From Propionigenium maris DSM 9537 (lineage in GTDB: Bacteria; Fusobacteriota; Fusobacteriia; Fusobacteriales; Fusobacteriaceae), in the NCBI RefSeq assembly GCF_027925155.1, contig NZ_BSDY01000001.1:58822-122821 (forward strand): a stretch of DNA of 64,000 nucleotides, given 5' to 3'. The number at the start of each line of letters is the position of its first letter. The stretch's first letter is position 1. Position numbers and translations under genes: made by a program. Below the pieces are notes generated by a model. The model ran no database searches, was not told the origin of the DNA, and saw only the letters and a list, made by a program, of their open reading frames with translations. Below are positions 48,461-59,470 of the stretch, one piece after another.

Positions 48461-48838
48461 CTAGACCATAGAGGAGATAGCACTATCAAAGGAGATGAGA
48501 TTTCTTTTAAGAGTTTTGAGCTCTCCATACTCCTTGGCAGAATAAAGGGTGTTATTTATAAACTCTATCTTTTTATATATGTTGTATCCCTTATCGGTGA
48601 GGTTAAAACTATTGGAAGACTTCAAAAGTACTCCGTCTGCAACCATCTGTTTGAGAAGCCTATGGATCTGTGACCTATCCTTTTCTAGGAATGAAACGAT
48701 CTCCCTTTTTTCAGTTATGCCCATAGAGATTGCATATAGGATGATAGCTTCATTAAATGACAGCTTCTCTCCCTCTAAGCTAGCTAAGAGCTCCTTATAT
48801 TTGTTTATGACCTTATAAAGACTTAAAGCGATTTCCAT
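48461..48838 (-). CDS. putative winged-helix transcriptional regulator
   Basis: 125 aa, weakly MarR-like. Confidence 0.35.
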   Translation of the reverse strand: MEIALSLYKVINKYKELLASLEGEKLSFNEAIILYAISMGITEKREIVSFLEKDRSQIHRLLKQMVADGVLLKSSNSFNLTDKGYNIYKKIEFINNTLYSAKEYGELKTLKRNLISFDSAISSMV

Positions 48839-49193
48839 TTGGATACCTCCTGTATTGATATGTTGACTATTAAATCATAGAAATATGTTGTTAATAAGTC
48901 ATTTTGCTGTTTTTTATAAAAAACAAGAGTTTAATCTTCAATTCTATTATAGAAAGAGGTATTTTATTAAAATAGGTTAGTCCAATTGAAGTTGTAGATA
49001 AGAAGTTTAGAGGGGCAATTGAAAGAGAAAAGTTTTAGGAGGGATAAGTTAACCTGATAAAAATCTAGGGATTGCTATATTCTATAGAGTAGTTGTGATC
49101 TACATAGGTAGGGGAGAAGGAAGGCATAGTGTTTTACTTTTGTTTTATACCTTTGTTAATAGAGATCCAATAATCAGGGCCTTAGAGAGGCAA

Positions 49194-49238
49194 GATAAAA
49201 AAAGAGCAGTGGGAGACTTAGTCCCATTGCTCTTTTTT
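49194..49238. terminator. bidirectional intrinsic terminator downstream of the pilin-like gene
   Basis: An AGAGCAGTGGGA-gactta-TCCCATTGCTCT stem with one G-U pair is flanked by A-rich and T6 runs. Confidence 0.65.
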
Positions 49239-49241
49239 CGT

Positions 49242-49760
49242 TTAATATAGGGCCCAATTAATATTTGAATTATAAGCTCCTGGGGGCAGAAAAGCCCAAA
49301 CAGTTCCCCTTGTATGAAGCCATGCTACATCAAAGGTGGGTACCTGTCTTTCATTTGACCTATGGGATTCCCTTAAAAGTTCGTAGAAAGCCCACTTACC
49401 TGAAGCTTCATTGAAGGTATCATCCATCCACTTTATCTTACATTCAGTCTCTCCCTCAATAGGTGGAAGGGAGGGAACACGCCACTTGGAGTAGTAGGTA
49501 TAGAATGACTTGGAAAAGATAGTATAGTCGGTAACGACTCCATCCCCTCCAACTGAGAAGTTTCCCCTGGAATTTAGCTGGGGGACCTCATTGATAGTAT
49601 AGAGGGTAAGAGCTGACCGCAGTTTAGAGAGGTCCCTCTGGACCCTGGCAACCTTAGCTGAATTGCTTTTTTTAGTAAAACTGGGAACTGCAATTAGAGT
49701 TAGGAAACCCAATATGGATATGGAAATTATAAGTTCTGTTACTGTAAAACCCTGTTTCAT
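49242..49760 (-). CDS. type IV pilin / pseudopilin-like protein (prepilin N-terminal methylation motif)
   Basis: 172 aa. N-terminal MKQGFTVTELIISISILGFLTLIAVPSF matches the G/FTxxE prepilin class III signal. Confidence 0.6.
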   Translation of the reverse strand: MKQGFTVTELIISISILGFLTLIAVPSFTKKSNSAKVARVQRDLSKLRSALTLYTINEVPQLNSRGNFSVGGDGVVTDYTIFSKSFYTYYSKWRVPSLPPIEGETECKIKWMDDTFNEASGKWAFYELLRESHRSNERQVPTFDVAWLHTRGTVWAFLPPGAYNSNINWALY

Positions 49761-50025
49761 TTCAAACCCTCCATCCTTATTTTCAGTAGTATTATATGTT
49801 TAAAAGCACCATTTAGTCAAATGTTGTTTAGTTTTAATTTCTTGGAGAGGGAAATCCTTAAAAAAAATTCTGGCAGAATGGAATCGAGGTTTTTCTATGA
49901 AAATTAAATATCTTTAATAAAAGATACACAAATATTTAAACAAGTAAAAGTATTTTATGTTGTCTAAGAAATACAAGTAACTATTGAACTTTATGACTCA
50001 CTTTTAAATATAAGGAGGGAGCGGT

Positions 50026-50268
50026 ATGAAAAAACTATTAATTTTAACTATGGTAATTTTAGGAACAATTTCATTTGCAAGGGACTTTGAATACAATGAG
50101 AAGAGAGATATAGTTAAACCTATGGAGGAAAACATAGACAGATTAAGCAGATTTACACCACAGGAATGGCAGATGGATAAGGAAGCTACAGAGATGAACT
50201 TTAAAAAATATGAGGACTTCCATAAGGAATTAGACAGAGCAGACAGAGGAGAGGAATCTGAGAGATAG
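50026..50268 (+). CDS. small secreted hypothetical protein
   Basis: 80 aa with a signal peptide (MKKLLILTMVILGTISFA). Confidence 0.35.
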   Translation: MKKLLILTMVILGTISFARDFEYNEKRDIVKPMEENIDRLSRFTPQEWQMDKEATEMNFKKYEDFHKELDRADRGEESER

Positions 50269-50478
50269 TAATCTCCAGGAAGTGGTTATTGCCACTTCCT
50301 TTTTTTTGGAAGGTATGCATATAAGTACAGATGTCTATAGGAGGAATCTCAATAAGGATGGATTAGGAGTTTAACTAGTTTCTATCTTTAAAAGGTAGGG
50401 AAGATTCACTTTTTTTCGAGGAATTTAAGTTTTTTGACTAATACCTTTATATAACAAATAATAGCAGGTGGTCAGCTT

Positions 50479-51033
50479 ATGAAGAGGGAAGTGATGGGGC
50501 TTGGAATAAAGCTCTACTTTAACTTAAGCAATAGGGAAAGGGTAGTTGATAAAATAAAGATGTATCAAAAAAGATATATGGAACTTGTGGAAAGGATATG
50601 CGGGGAGGGAAGAAAGAAGATACACGTTCCATCTATGGTGGGAATAGATGAAGATATGAGGGACTGGTCTCTCTATATGATCCTTGAGCACAACGCCAGG
50701 GTAAATAAAACAATAAAAAATATCGTTTACCGCTTGTCCAGGGGGGAGGAGCTGAGGCCAGAGGAGAGGATAGATCCTAAAACAGATGTGATGCCTGAGG
50801 ACAGTGGGATGGAGCAGGTGGATGAATTTAGAAGATCTATAGAGGAGTATCTTCAGGCAGTGGAGAAGGTTGGACAGTTAAAGGGGACAAGAAAGATAGA
50901 GCACCCTGTATTTGGGGCCTTTGATGCTCACCAGTGGCACTGTATGTTTGCCTTCCACCTTGGAATACACCTGAGGCAGGCTGAATACATCGCAAAGGCT
51001 ATAAGAGATGATATAGAAAATATGAAGTGCTGA
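50479..51033 (+). CDS. DinB/YfiT-like (DUF1569-like) protein
   Basis: 184 aa with a four-helix-bundle His pattern (HNARVNK ... AFHLGIHLRQAEY). Confidence 0.35.
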   Translation: MKREVMGLGIKLYFNLSNRERVVDKIKMYQKRYMELVERICGEGRKKIHVPSMVGIDEDMRDWSLYMILEHNARVNKTIKNIVYRLSRGEELRPEERIDPKTDVMPEDSGMEQVDEFRRSIEEYLQAVEKVGQLKGTRKIEHPVFGAFDAHQWHCMFAFHLGIHLRQAEYIAKAIRDDIENMKC

Positions 51034-51175
51034 AATATTTAGAAGTTTGAAAATTAAAAGAGGAGAATTTAGGTTCTCCTCTTTAACTAATTTCATACAA
51101 TAAAAGAAGCTGACTATAAAAAGTCAGCTTCCTGTCATTCAAGAAACAATAATTGGAATTATTTATTTTCCAGCT

Positions 51176-52102
51176 TTACATTACGACATTTACTTTGAAT
51201 CCTACAACTGCTTCTGTCCAGTTATCGTCCTCATACTCGTCTGCACCAGTTATATCTGCCTGGGTATACTTGAATCCTGCATAAGGAACAAAGGAGTTCT
51301 CTTCACCAAAGTTGATGTTATAATTAATTCTAGGCTCTAGATAGATTACTCCATCTTCTTCAGCTCCCTCATCACTATCATTTGCTATTCCATAGATCTC
51401 TGTTCCGAACTCCATCCAGAAGCTAAAGTTTCCGAATAGGTCTCTCTCAACAGAGAAATAGTTCTCCACATCTAGCACATAAGAGTCTCCCTGAGATTCC
51501 TCAGTTCCACCAAATGATTCATCTCCACCTATAAAGTGGTATAGCTCCAGCCAGTTATTAAACTTAAACTCTCCAAGAGCAAAGCTATAATCCACCTGGT
51601 TTCTTAGTTCTAAATAAGTGTCCTTATTTATATTGTCTGAAGTAAACCTTGGATCTATCCCAAACCACACGTCTCCAATTGTAAATGCAAATCTAGGAGA
51701 GAAGTAGTAGTTTTCCTTAGTGGTGTAATCATCTTCCTCTCCACCCTCAAACTCTATAGCATCCCACTCCATTCCCAGTGTAGGAGTTAGGTCAAAATGC
51801 TTATCTCCAAAATCAAATCCGATAGTCTTGAACTGAAGTTCGAAGTTAGTATCCCATCCAGCTTCCTTTTCCGATCCTGTAGAACCTTTTTTCTGATCCC
51901 CATAGTAATCTCTATCGATATCTGCCATGAAGTCAATGTTATCAGTCAGACCAAACTTACCTTTTAAAAGCGTCCATTCAACCTTCTCCCCATCCCCATT
52001 TCCTTCTCTTGACTTGTAGTTTACCTCGTGAGTAAAACTACCTGCAAATGCACTATTAGCTAATGTCACAGCTAATAAAGCACCCAATACAACTCTTTTC
52101 AT
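51176..52102 (-). CDS. outer-membrane beta-barrel protein
   Basis: The likely start is the internal Met, giving the signal peptide MKRVVLGALLAVTLANSAFA. The body has alternating aromatic/Gly beta-strand patterns rich in Asp, Tyr, Phe and Asn. Confidence 0.5.
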   Translation of the reverse strand: MKRVVLGALLAVTLANSAFAGSFTHEVNYKSREGNGDGEKVEWTLLKGKFGLTDNIDFMADIDRDYYGDQKKGSTGSEKEAGWDTNFELQFKTIGFDFGDKHFDLTPTLGMEWDAIEFEGGEEDDYTTKENYYFSPRFAFTIGDVWFGIDPRFTSDNINKDTYLELRNQVDYSFALGEFKFNNWLELYHFIGGDESFGGTEESQGDSYVLDVENYFSVERDLFGNFSFWMEFGTEIYGIANDSDEGAEEDGVIYLEPRINYNINFGEENSFVPYAGFKYTQADITGADEYEDDNWTEAVVGFKVNVVM

Positions 52103-52822
52103 AACTTCTCCTCCTAATACTTTTCTATCTAAACTACTCCCTACAGGGGTAATTGTAGGCTTGTAACTGTTCAACTTTACTCCTATTCTCTTTGAAACTT
52201 TTAAAAGGACCTTGAAGAGGTAACCTTCCTGTCAAGCTCTGATTATTTTACAGGAGTAGTGACTCTTCTATCTGAATTCTCTGTCTCCCTGAAAATCTTT
52301 TCATCCCTATTTAACAACACATTGGTTTTCTAGAAAGATAACCAGATCAAATCTTCAGATGTAACTATGTATCTTATCTTGATATTTATTTATTAGTTAA
52401 AGAATAAATATTTGGAGTTAAGATGGGTTTTATTCTAAATATCCTGGGAAGATCTATAGAATATTAAGGACCTACTTAGAAATTAATAGATTCACTCTAT
52501 GGAGAGAGTCTTCTATCCTAAATTTATGCTGTTAAAATCAAATTATTTATCTCCCATCTTAACTTTAGAATAATCACCTAAAATAAGTAATTATTTTAAA
52601 GTTAGGATCTATTTCAAATGATTACTTGAATTTATAGATTTGAAGCTAACAGGACCTTTGATAAAACTTTTGAAGTGTGTAACAATCTTATATAAGGGAA
52701 AGATTTATTGAATTTTAATGAAGGCAATTCAATTGCCTCAAAGTTATTATCACCTGTTAGCTTCACAGATATAATAGTATTTTTTTACTCCTAAGAAGGT
52801 CTACCCACTAGACTTTTTCAAA

Positions 52823-53482
52823 TTAATCATAAATAAATTCTTCAAAGTGAGACTTGAGTAAACTTCTGTTAACAACTACTATTCTCTTTTTTTCCTTAAT
52901 GATGATATTTTCTTCAATAAGTTCCCTGGTGACCCTGTATAGCATAGCCTTGTTGGAGAAGAGCATCTTCATAATATCTATATATTTATTAAATGAAACG
53001 ATATTGCTACCCTCACTGTATAGGAATAGTAGGTAAGCCAAGTAGGCCTTAACCCCTCCGTGAAGGCGGATGAAGAAGCCCCTGATGCCGATATTTAGAA
53101 ATTGATCTCTTTTTTTCATTAGGGAATTATAGAAATCTGGATTACTCAGTAGGTACTTCTCCATTAGATCCTCTGGGATCTCTAAAACAAGTAAAGTTTT
53201 AGAATATACGGTAATCTCCCAGTCTCCCTTATCAAAATATCTCCCTACCCCTAAAATATCGCCTGATCTTAAGGTCCAGGGATAGAAAAACTCCTGGTCA
53301 TCCTGATATCTGACAAAAACAGCCACTCCCTCTAAAACTACTCCAAATGTATTTTTCTCGTTGTAGTATAAAAATTCGTCCTTTTCATATTTAACTTTTC
53401 TGATTCTGTGCCTCTGATTTTCAGGAATATTTTCAATGAAGGTAATTTTATCTAGCACACTTCCTCCTTTACTAGCACTCAA
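52823..53482 (-). CDS. Crp/Fnr family transcriptional regulator
   Basis: 219 aa with an N-terminal cNMP-binding beta-roll and a C-terminal HTH (MLYRVTRELIEENII). Confidence 0.7.
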   Translation of the reverse strand: MSASKGGSVLDKITFIENIPENQRHRIRKVKYEKDEFLYYNEKNTFGVVLEGVAVFVRYQDDQEFFYPWTLRSGDILGVGRYFDKGDWEITVYSKTLLVLEIPEDLMEKYLLSNPDFYNSLMKKRDQFLNIGIRGFFIRLHGGVKAYLAYLLFLYSEGSNIVSFNKYIDIMKMLFSNKAMLYRVTRELIEENIIIKEKKRIVVVNRSLLKSHFEEFIYD

Positions 53483-54109
53483 CTGTTGGCTATATCAATG
53501 GTTTTTTCTTATAAACTATAAATGATATATCTATATAATAATGTTGCGTAAGCTACACTATTTTAATGGTTCTTTAAAGGGAGCCCAGTGAAGAGGTAAG
53601 GGAACTACTATTAATAATTTTCTTTTAAATCATGGGTCATAGAGGATATAAATACCTAAAAAACTAAAGATATTAAGGATTTACAGTTATGGAATATTTT
53701 TAAACTTTCACATGATATGGGGAGCTCGGATACGGATATTTTTGAGAATAAAGAAAATTAAAAAGATTCTATTTCTATAAAAAAGAGAATAAAAATTATC
53801 TTTTGGTGATCTTTTATCTCTGAAAATGTGAAAAAAGTAGTGATCATAATTCTTTAATAGGGTAGATAGTAACCTTTATTCAGGAGAGGTAGGAGGAAGT
53901 GACCTCTTGGTAAGCAGGAAAGTTTAGCGAATATTTCTTATTTTAAGAGTTCTCTAGGTGTCAATTTTAAGGGTTAAGAGGGGGAAAGTAACCTTAAAAA
54001 ATATTAATAATATATAAAGTATTTATAAATTAAGGAGAGGTAGGACGTTAACAGAGTCTAAAGGAAGGAGGAGAGCACTTAGCACACTTAATAACTCTAC
54101 AGTTGAAAG

Positions 54110-55519
54110 ATGGGTGAAGTTATGAGGAACAGAAAGTATAGGAGTCCATTGGCCACCGGTATAAGTTTGAAGAGCAACAAAAGTTCCCTGGAAGGGGCAG
54201 AGGGGAAAAACCTGCTTGCCCTGGCCACGCCTATCTTCTTTGAATTCCTGCTTGTGAATATAGTTGGAAATGTGGATATTATAATGCTGGGTAAGTATTC
54301 TACTGAAGCAGTAGCAGCAGTAGGAGGAGTAAAGCAACTCCTTATCATACAGAATGTTATATTTGGCTTTATATGCATAGGAACAACAATACTCATCTCC
54401 CAGCTTCTGGGAGCTCAGGAAATCCAGGAGGTAAGGGGTATTGTAGGGGCAGCAATCCTGATAAACCTTTTGATTGCAGCTACTCTGGGAGGGGTATACC
54501 TTTTGGGGCATAACTATCTTTTGAGGTGGATAAGGCTTCCAGGTCCCCTTGCAGAGATAGGAAGGGTCTACTTCAGGCTGGTAGGAGGTCTTTGTATCTT
54601 TCAGGCGATGACTCTAACCTTTGGAGCAGTAATGAAGGCCTATGGTCATACTAAGGAGGTATTTTATATAAATTTGGGAGTTCACCTGTTAAATATTCTG
54701 GGAAACAGTATATTTATCTTTGGAATGTTTGGTATGCCCATCCTTGGAGTTTCAGGAGTTGGAATATCTACAGTTACTGCAAGGGGGCTAGGATGTTTTG
54801 TTTCATATAGAAGTATGAAGAGGTACTGTAACTTCACCTTTGATGTGGAAGGGGTAAGGAGAGTACTCATAGAGAAAGGCCGGCAGATCTTAGCCATAGG
54901 AGTTCCAACAGGGGGACAATATCTTTGCTGGAGTCTGGCTCAGCTAATAATACTATCCTTTGTAAATACAATGGGCTCTCACACAATTGAAGCTAGAACC
55001 TATCTCATGCTTGTGGCTTCCTTTATCATAACCTTTTCCCTTGGTCTGGGTCAGGGAACAGCCCTGCAGATAGGAAGGCTCATTGGAGCAGGGGAAAAGG
55101 AGTTAGTTTACAGGAAGTGTCTCAGGAGCACTCTTATAGCCTTTCTAATAGCCACCTTTCTATCTGGAGTGGTAGTTACCAACAGGCTTGAGATACTATC
55201 TTTATTTAAGCCGGGTATGGAAGCACTGAATATAGCCTATGGCGTATTTGGATGGTTTTTCTTCCTTGAGACAGGAAGGGTATTTAATATTATAATAATA
55301 AGGTCCCTCCATGCTGCAGGGGATATAAGGTTTCCAGCAGTGGTTGGAATTATCTCACCCCTTGTGGTGGCAGTTTCTCTGGCATGGATATTAGGAATAG
55401 CTCTTGGATACGGTCTTGTGGGGATATGGGCAGCTAATGGAATAGAGGAGTGGATTAGAGGATTAACTATGTTCTTCAGATGGAAAAGCAGAAGGTGGGA
55501 GGATAAGGAGTTCACCTGA
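54110..55519 (+). CDS. MATE family efflux transporter (paralog of 8348..9679)
   Basis: Collinear with the first MATE, with high identity by eye (LLALATPIFFEFLLVNIVGNVDIIMLGKYS). The start is either ATG 54110 or ATG 54122. Confidence 0.85.
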   Translation: MGEVMRNRKYRSPLATGISLKSNKSSLEGAEGKNLLALATPIFFEFLLVNIVGNVDIIMLGKYSTEAVAAVGGVKQLLIIQNVIFGFICIGTTILISQLLGAQEIQEVRGIVGAAILINLLIAATLGGVYLLGHNYLLRWIRLPGPLAEIGRVYFRLVGGLCIFQAMTLTFGAVMKAYGHTKEVFYINLGVHLLNILGNSIFIFGMFGMPILGVSGVGISTVTARGLGCFVSYRSMKRYCNFTFDVEGVRRVLIEKGRQILAIGVPTGGQYLCWSLAQLIILSFVNTMGSHTIEARTYLMLVASFIITFSLGLGQGTALQIGRLIGAGEKELVYRKCLRSTLIAFLIATFLSGVVVTNRLEILSLFKPGMEALNIAYGVFGWFFFLETGRVFNIIIIRSLHAAGDIRFPAVVGIISPLVVAVSLAWILGIALGYGLVGIWAANGIEEWIRGLTMFFRWKSRRWEDKEFT

Positions 55520-55564
55520 AGAGAAGAAAAACCCCTGGGAGTTTTCCAGGGGTTTATTTCTTTT

Positions 55565-58132
55565 CTATTTCTTTCTATAGATCAGTTCACCATCCTGAAT
55601 ATCCAGGCATATTTGAGAATTTTCTCCTAACTCTCCACTGAGGAGAAGTTTTGCAAGCTTAGTTTCTATCTCTTTTTGTAAAAATCTCTTTATGGGCCTT
55701 GCTCCATAGTGGGGGTCGTAGGAGGTTGTTGCAATGAAGTTTAGAGCCTCTGGAGTATATGAAAGGCTTATGTACTTCTCCTCCAGTCTTCTGTTGATAT
55801 CCTTCATAAGCAGGGTAACAATATTCATTACAGCCTCCATTCCCAGAGACTTAAATACAATGGTTTCATCGATCCTATTTATAAATTCAGGCTTAAACTT
55901 TGAATGAAGCCTGGCAAGGACATTATTTTTAGTAATCTCACTGACTTCAGGGTCCTCTAGAATGAGGTCACTACCTATATTGGAGGTCATAATAATAAGG
56001 GTGTTTTTAAAGTCTACCACCTTTCCCTTACCATCTGTAAGCCTACCATCATCTAGAAGCTGAAGAAGAATATTAAATACATCTGGATGAGCTTTTTCTA
56101 TCTCATCAAAAAGGATTACAGAGTAGGGTTTTCTCCGGATAGCTTCTGTAAGCTGGCCTCCCTCCTCATATCCGACATAACCTGGAGGAGCTCCTATAAG
56201 CCTTGTAACTGAAAACTTATCCATATACTCACTCATATCTATTCTGACTACATTATCCTCATCATCAAAGAGGTTGTAGGCTAGGGACTTAGTAAGGTAT
56301 GTCTTACCCACTCCAGTAGGCCCCATAAAGATAAAGGAACCTATGGGCTTGTTGGGATCCTTAAGTCCTGCTCTTGCCCTCAATATTGTGTCCGATATAA
56401 TCTTGATGGCATCATCTTGACCGATGACCCTTTCTTTAAGGGAATCTTCCAGGTGAAGGATCTTTTCCCTCTCCCCTTCCAACAGTTTGGACACTGGTAT
56501 ACCAGTCCATCTGGATACTATATCTGCAATCTCTGTGGAGGTAAGCTCCTGCTTTAAGAGGGCTTCCCTGTTTCCCTTGGAATCTTCAACCTTCTGCTCC
56601 TGGGCAGCTAGCTCCTTTTCCAGGTTAGCCATAACACCGTACTTCAGCTCAGCTAACTTATTGAGATCATACTCCCTTTCAGCCTTTTCAATCTCCAGCT
56701 GAGTCCTTTCGATCTCGCTCTTAATATCCTTGATCTTTGTTATCTCTTCTTTTTCCAGCTCCCACTGAGACTGTAGATGGGATTTTTTATCCTTGATCTC
56801 AGCCAGCTCCTTATTCAGGGTTTCAAGCCTCTCCTTGGAAGCTCTATCTTTCTCCTTCTTTAGGGCTTCCCTTTCGATCTCAAGCTGCATACTACGCCTT
56901 GTAAGCTCATCCAGCTCCTCTGGCATGGAATCTATCTCTGTTCTGATCATTGCAGCAGCCTCATCGATGAGGTCGATGGCCTTATCTGGGAGCCGTCTGT
57001 CCGATATATATCTGTCACTGAGTGTCGTAGCAGCTACGATGGCCCCATCGGTAATTCTAATCCCATGGAAGACCTCGTACTTCTCCTTTAGACCTCTTAA
57101 GATTGAGATAGAGTCCTCTATAGAGGGTTCATCCGCCATGATAGTCTGAAAACGTCTCTCAAGGGCTGCATCCTTTTCGATATACTTTCTGTGCTCGTCA
57201 ATAGTTGTAGCCCCTACAACTCTGACTTCGCCCCTTGCAAGCATAGGCTTCAAAAGGTTACCTGCATCCATGGCTCCATCTGTCTTTCCGGCACCTACTA
57301 TAGTATGGATCTCATCTATAAAGAGGATGATCCTTCCATCGGATTCCTCTACCTCCTTCAAGACAGCCTTAAGCCTTTCCTCGAACTCCCCTCTAAACTT
57401 GGCTCCTGCTATAAGAGCTCCCATATCAAGGGAGAAGATGGTCTTGTCCTTGAGGGAGTCTGGGACATCTCCATTTAATATCCTCTGGGCCAAGCCCTCT
57501 ACTATGGCTGTTTTACCTACTCCGGGGTCCCCTATAAGGATGGGGTTATTTTTAGTTCTTCTTGAGATTATCTGAACAGCCCTACGTATCTCACTGTCTC
57601 TTCCTATAATGGGGTCTATCTTTCCCTCACGGGCAAGTTCAACAAGATCCTTTCCATATTTAGAGAGAGCATCATAGCTATCCTCTGGACTCTGAGAATC
57701 TACCCTCTGAGCCCCTCTGATCTCCTCCAGTGCCTTTTTGAAGGTGTTGATATCTAGCCTCTGAGAGAGGACCTTTAATTTACCCATGAGTGCCAGAAAG
57801 ATATGCTCCACTGAGATATAGTGATCCTCCATGGACTTCATTATCTTCTCAGCTTCTATTAATACCCTGTGGGAGTCGTTGTTTAGGCCGATCTGACCAC
57901 CAGACGCTACCTCTACCCTTGGAAGTTTTGAGAGCTCGCTCTGGAGATCTCCCTTGAGGTTTCCAGTATCTGCCCCTATCTTCTTTAGGAGGTTGGGGAT
58001 GAGCCCCTCCCTCTGTTCAATAAGAGCCAGTGCCAGGTGCAGCGGCAGTATAGAGGAATGTTTATATTCCAGTGCATATTTATGAGCGTCATTTAACGCC
58101 AGCATAGACTTTTCCGTCAACTTATCCATCAT
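55565..58132 (-). CDS. clpB: ATP-dependent chaperone ClpB
   Basis: It has two AAA+ modules ([17 protein letters not shown]) and a long middle coiled coil. The true start is MMDKLTEK at 58132 with RBS AAAAGGAGGCAG; the ORF-track N-terminal extension is spurious. Confidence 0.9.
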   Translation of the reverse strand: MMDKLTEKSMLALNDAHKYALEYKHSSILPLHLALALIEQREGLIPNLLKKIGADTGNLKGDLQSELSKLPRVEVASGGQIGLNNDSHRVLIEAEKIMKSMEDHYISVEHIFLALMGKLKVLSQRLDINTFKKALEEIRGAQRVDSQSPEDSYDALSKYGKDLVELAREGKIDPIIGRDSEIRRAVQIISRRTKNNPILIGDPGVGKTAIVEGLAQRILNGDVPDSLKDKTIFSLDMGALIAGAKFRGEFEERLKAVLKEVEESDGRIILFIDEIHTIVGAGKTDGAMDAGNLLKPMLARGEVRVVGATTIDEHRKYIEKDAALERRFQTIMADEPSIEDSISILRGLKEKYEVFHGIRITDGAIVAATTLSDRYISDRRLPDKAIDLIDEAAAMIRTEIDSMPEELDELTRRSMQLEIEREALKKEKDRASKERLETLNKELAEIKDKKSHLQSQWELEKEEITKIKDIKSEIERTQLEIEKAEREYDLNKLAELKYGVMANLEKELAAQEQKVEDSKGNREALLKQELTSTEIADIVSRWTGIPVSKLLEGEREKILHLEDSLKERVIGQDDAIKIISDTILRARAGLKDPNKPIGSFIFMGPTGVGKTYLTKSLAYNLFDDEDNVVRIDMSEYMDKFSVTRLIGAPPGYVGYEEGGQLTEAIRRKPYSVILFDEIEKAHPDVFNILLQLLDDGRLTDGKGKVVDFKNTLIIMTSNIGSDLILEDPEVSEITKNNVLARLHSKFKPEFINRIDETIVFKSLGMEAVMNIVTLLMKDINRRLEEKYISLSYTPEALNFIATTSYDPHYGARPIKRFLQKEIETKLAKLLLSGELGENSQICLDIQDGELIYRKK

Positions 58133-58149
58133 AGTTCTGCCTCCTTTTG

Positions 58150-58176
58150 TTAGCACTCTTTCGCAGTGAGTGCTAA
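58150..58176 (-). promoter_or_regulatory. CIRCE element (HrcA operator) upstream of clpB
   Basis: TTAGCACTC-tttcgcagt-GAGTGCTAA is an exact match to the CIRCE consensus TTAGCACTC-N9-GAGTGCTAA. It lies 18 nt upstream of the clpB start. Confidence 0.85.
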
Positions 58177-58284
58177 AACTTTCTTTGATAATAATATACA
58201 CCTTTTTTTTCTCTCTGTAAAGGGGTTTTTTCAGAGAATTCAAATAAAAAAAGACAGCTTTTAAAGCTGTCTTTTAAGAGTCTA

Positions 58285-58644
58285 CTAGTGTCTCTTTATC
58301 TTTGAATTAGTTTTTTCTGGAAGCTTACTAAGGTGGATATATCTGCTGTTAGCAGTGTGAACATATCTATCTATAATTGCCCCAAGGTCGGAGCTATCAA
58401 AGGTAGTCTTAAATTTTTCATTGTTCAATAAGTTATCCCTGAATCTATAGTGGCACTCTTCATCTGGAAGAAAGATAATATCCTCAGAGTAAATCTTTTC
58501 CTCTAGGACATTGGTTAAAAGATCTGCTACCGTCATGGTAAAGGTTCCCTCAACTTCCACAGTATTTCTAGAGTGGCTTATCTCCTCACGATATTTTGGC
58601 CATAATTTTTTTTCAACAGCGCAATAAGATAGTCTTGTACTCAT
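58285..58644 (-). CDS. hypothetical protein
   Basis: 119 aa with no recognisable motif. It is downstream partner of the 96-aa ORF. Confidence 0.3.
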   Translation of the reverse strand: MSTRLSYCAVEKKLWPKYREEISHSRNTVEVEGTFTMTVADLLTNVLEEKIYSEDIIFLPDEECHYRFRDNLLNNEKFKTTFDSSDLGAIIDRYVHTANSRYIHLSKLPEKTNSKIKRH

Positions 58645-58718
58645 ACATACCTCCTTTTATATTAAAAGACCAATAGAAACAACTAGGAGTTATTTCATGG
58701 CATCTATATAGCCATTAC

Positions 58719-59009
58719 TCAACAGATCTTCCTATTGAGGTAGTAGTTTACCCCAATGGCACTCTTTACATCCAGTACAGGGGAGTTTTCCTTGAAAAGG
58801 TACTCCTCTAGCAGGATATATTTTACACCCTCCTCCTCAAAGGTATATTTGAACTCCAGGTCATCTAAGTGATCCCTCTCCTGTCTTGAAAGAAGAAACT
58901 TTTCGTCCAGCTCAAAAAATTTTTTTAGCGTTTCACCCTCCTGTTTTTGAAGCTTACAGGGAAAGGAATTCTTTTTTATTATTATGTCCATAACTTCCCT
59001 CTTCATCAA
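58719..59009 (-). CDS. hypothetical protein
   Basis: 96 aa, acidic/basic mix. It sits 74 bp upstream of the 119-aa ORF. Confidence 0.3.
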   Translation of the reverse strand: MMKREVMDIIIKKNSFPCKLQKQEGETLKKFFELDEKFLLSRQERDHLDDLEFKYTFEEEGVKYILLEEYLFKENSPVLDVKSAIGVNYYLNRKIC

Positions 59010-59470
59010 TACCTCCCTACACCCTTTAGACTTTTTAACCCCCTTAAAAGTTATTGGTTTAGATCTCTAGAGAGAAGATCTAAAAGTAATGCTATTAAAT
59101 ATCTTCTAGAAAGGGAGCAAAAAACCTTTAAAAAATTAAGAATACTTTTATAGGGTAGAGGATTTAAACGGAAGAGCTTTTATGGGATAGTTGCCCCAAG
59201 AGGGGCTGGTAGAAGAGAAGAAGTTAATGATCAGATAATCCATTTTTAATGTTGGAAAAGTAAGATTTTACTGTTGGTATATAAATCTCTAACTCCTTGT
59301 AAAACAGGACTTAGTAGTATTTTCTAACCCCCCTCTGATATAGGAAAAGAGCTGTGAAAACAGCTCTTTTTGTTTTAACAGGTTTTATTTTGGAGGAGGA
59401 ATGAAAATAGAGGGAGTTTTAAAAAAGGAAGTGCCTCCAAGCTTCTAATAAGTATAGTGGAGGTGTATTT

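Noticed and set aside
54023-54511. Reverse-strand ORFs (54023..54511, 54097..54396) upstream of and overlapping the second MATE gene start.
   Set aside because: They overlap the MATE N-terminus antisense, are Cys/Tyr-rich and low-complexity, and have no RBS.
58133-58243. An N-terminal extension of ClpB ([14 protein letters not shown]...) appears in the ORF track.
   Set aside because: The extension would run through the CIRCE operator and the RBS. The conserved ClpB N-terminus begins at MMDKLTEK (58132).
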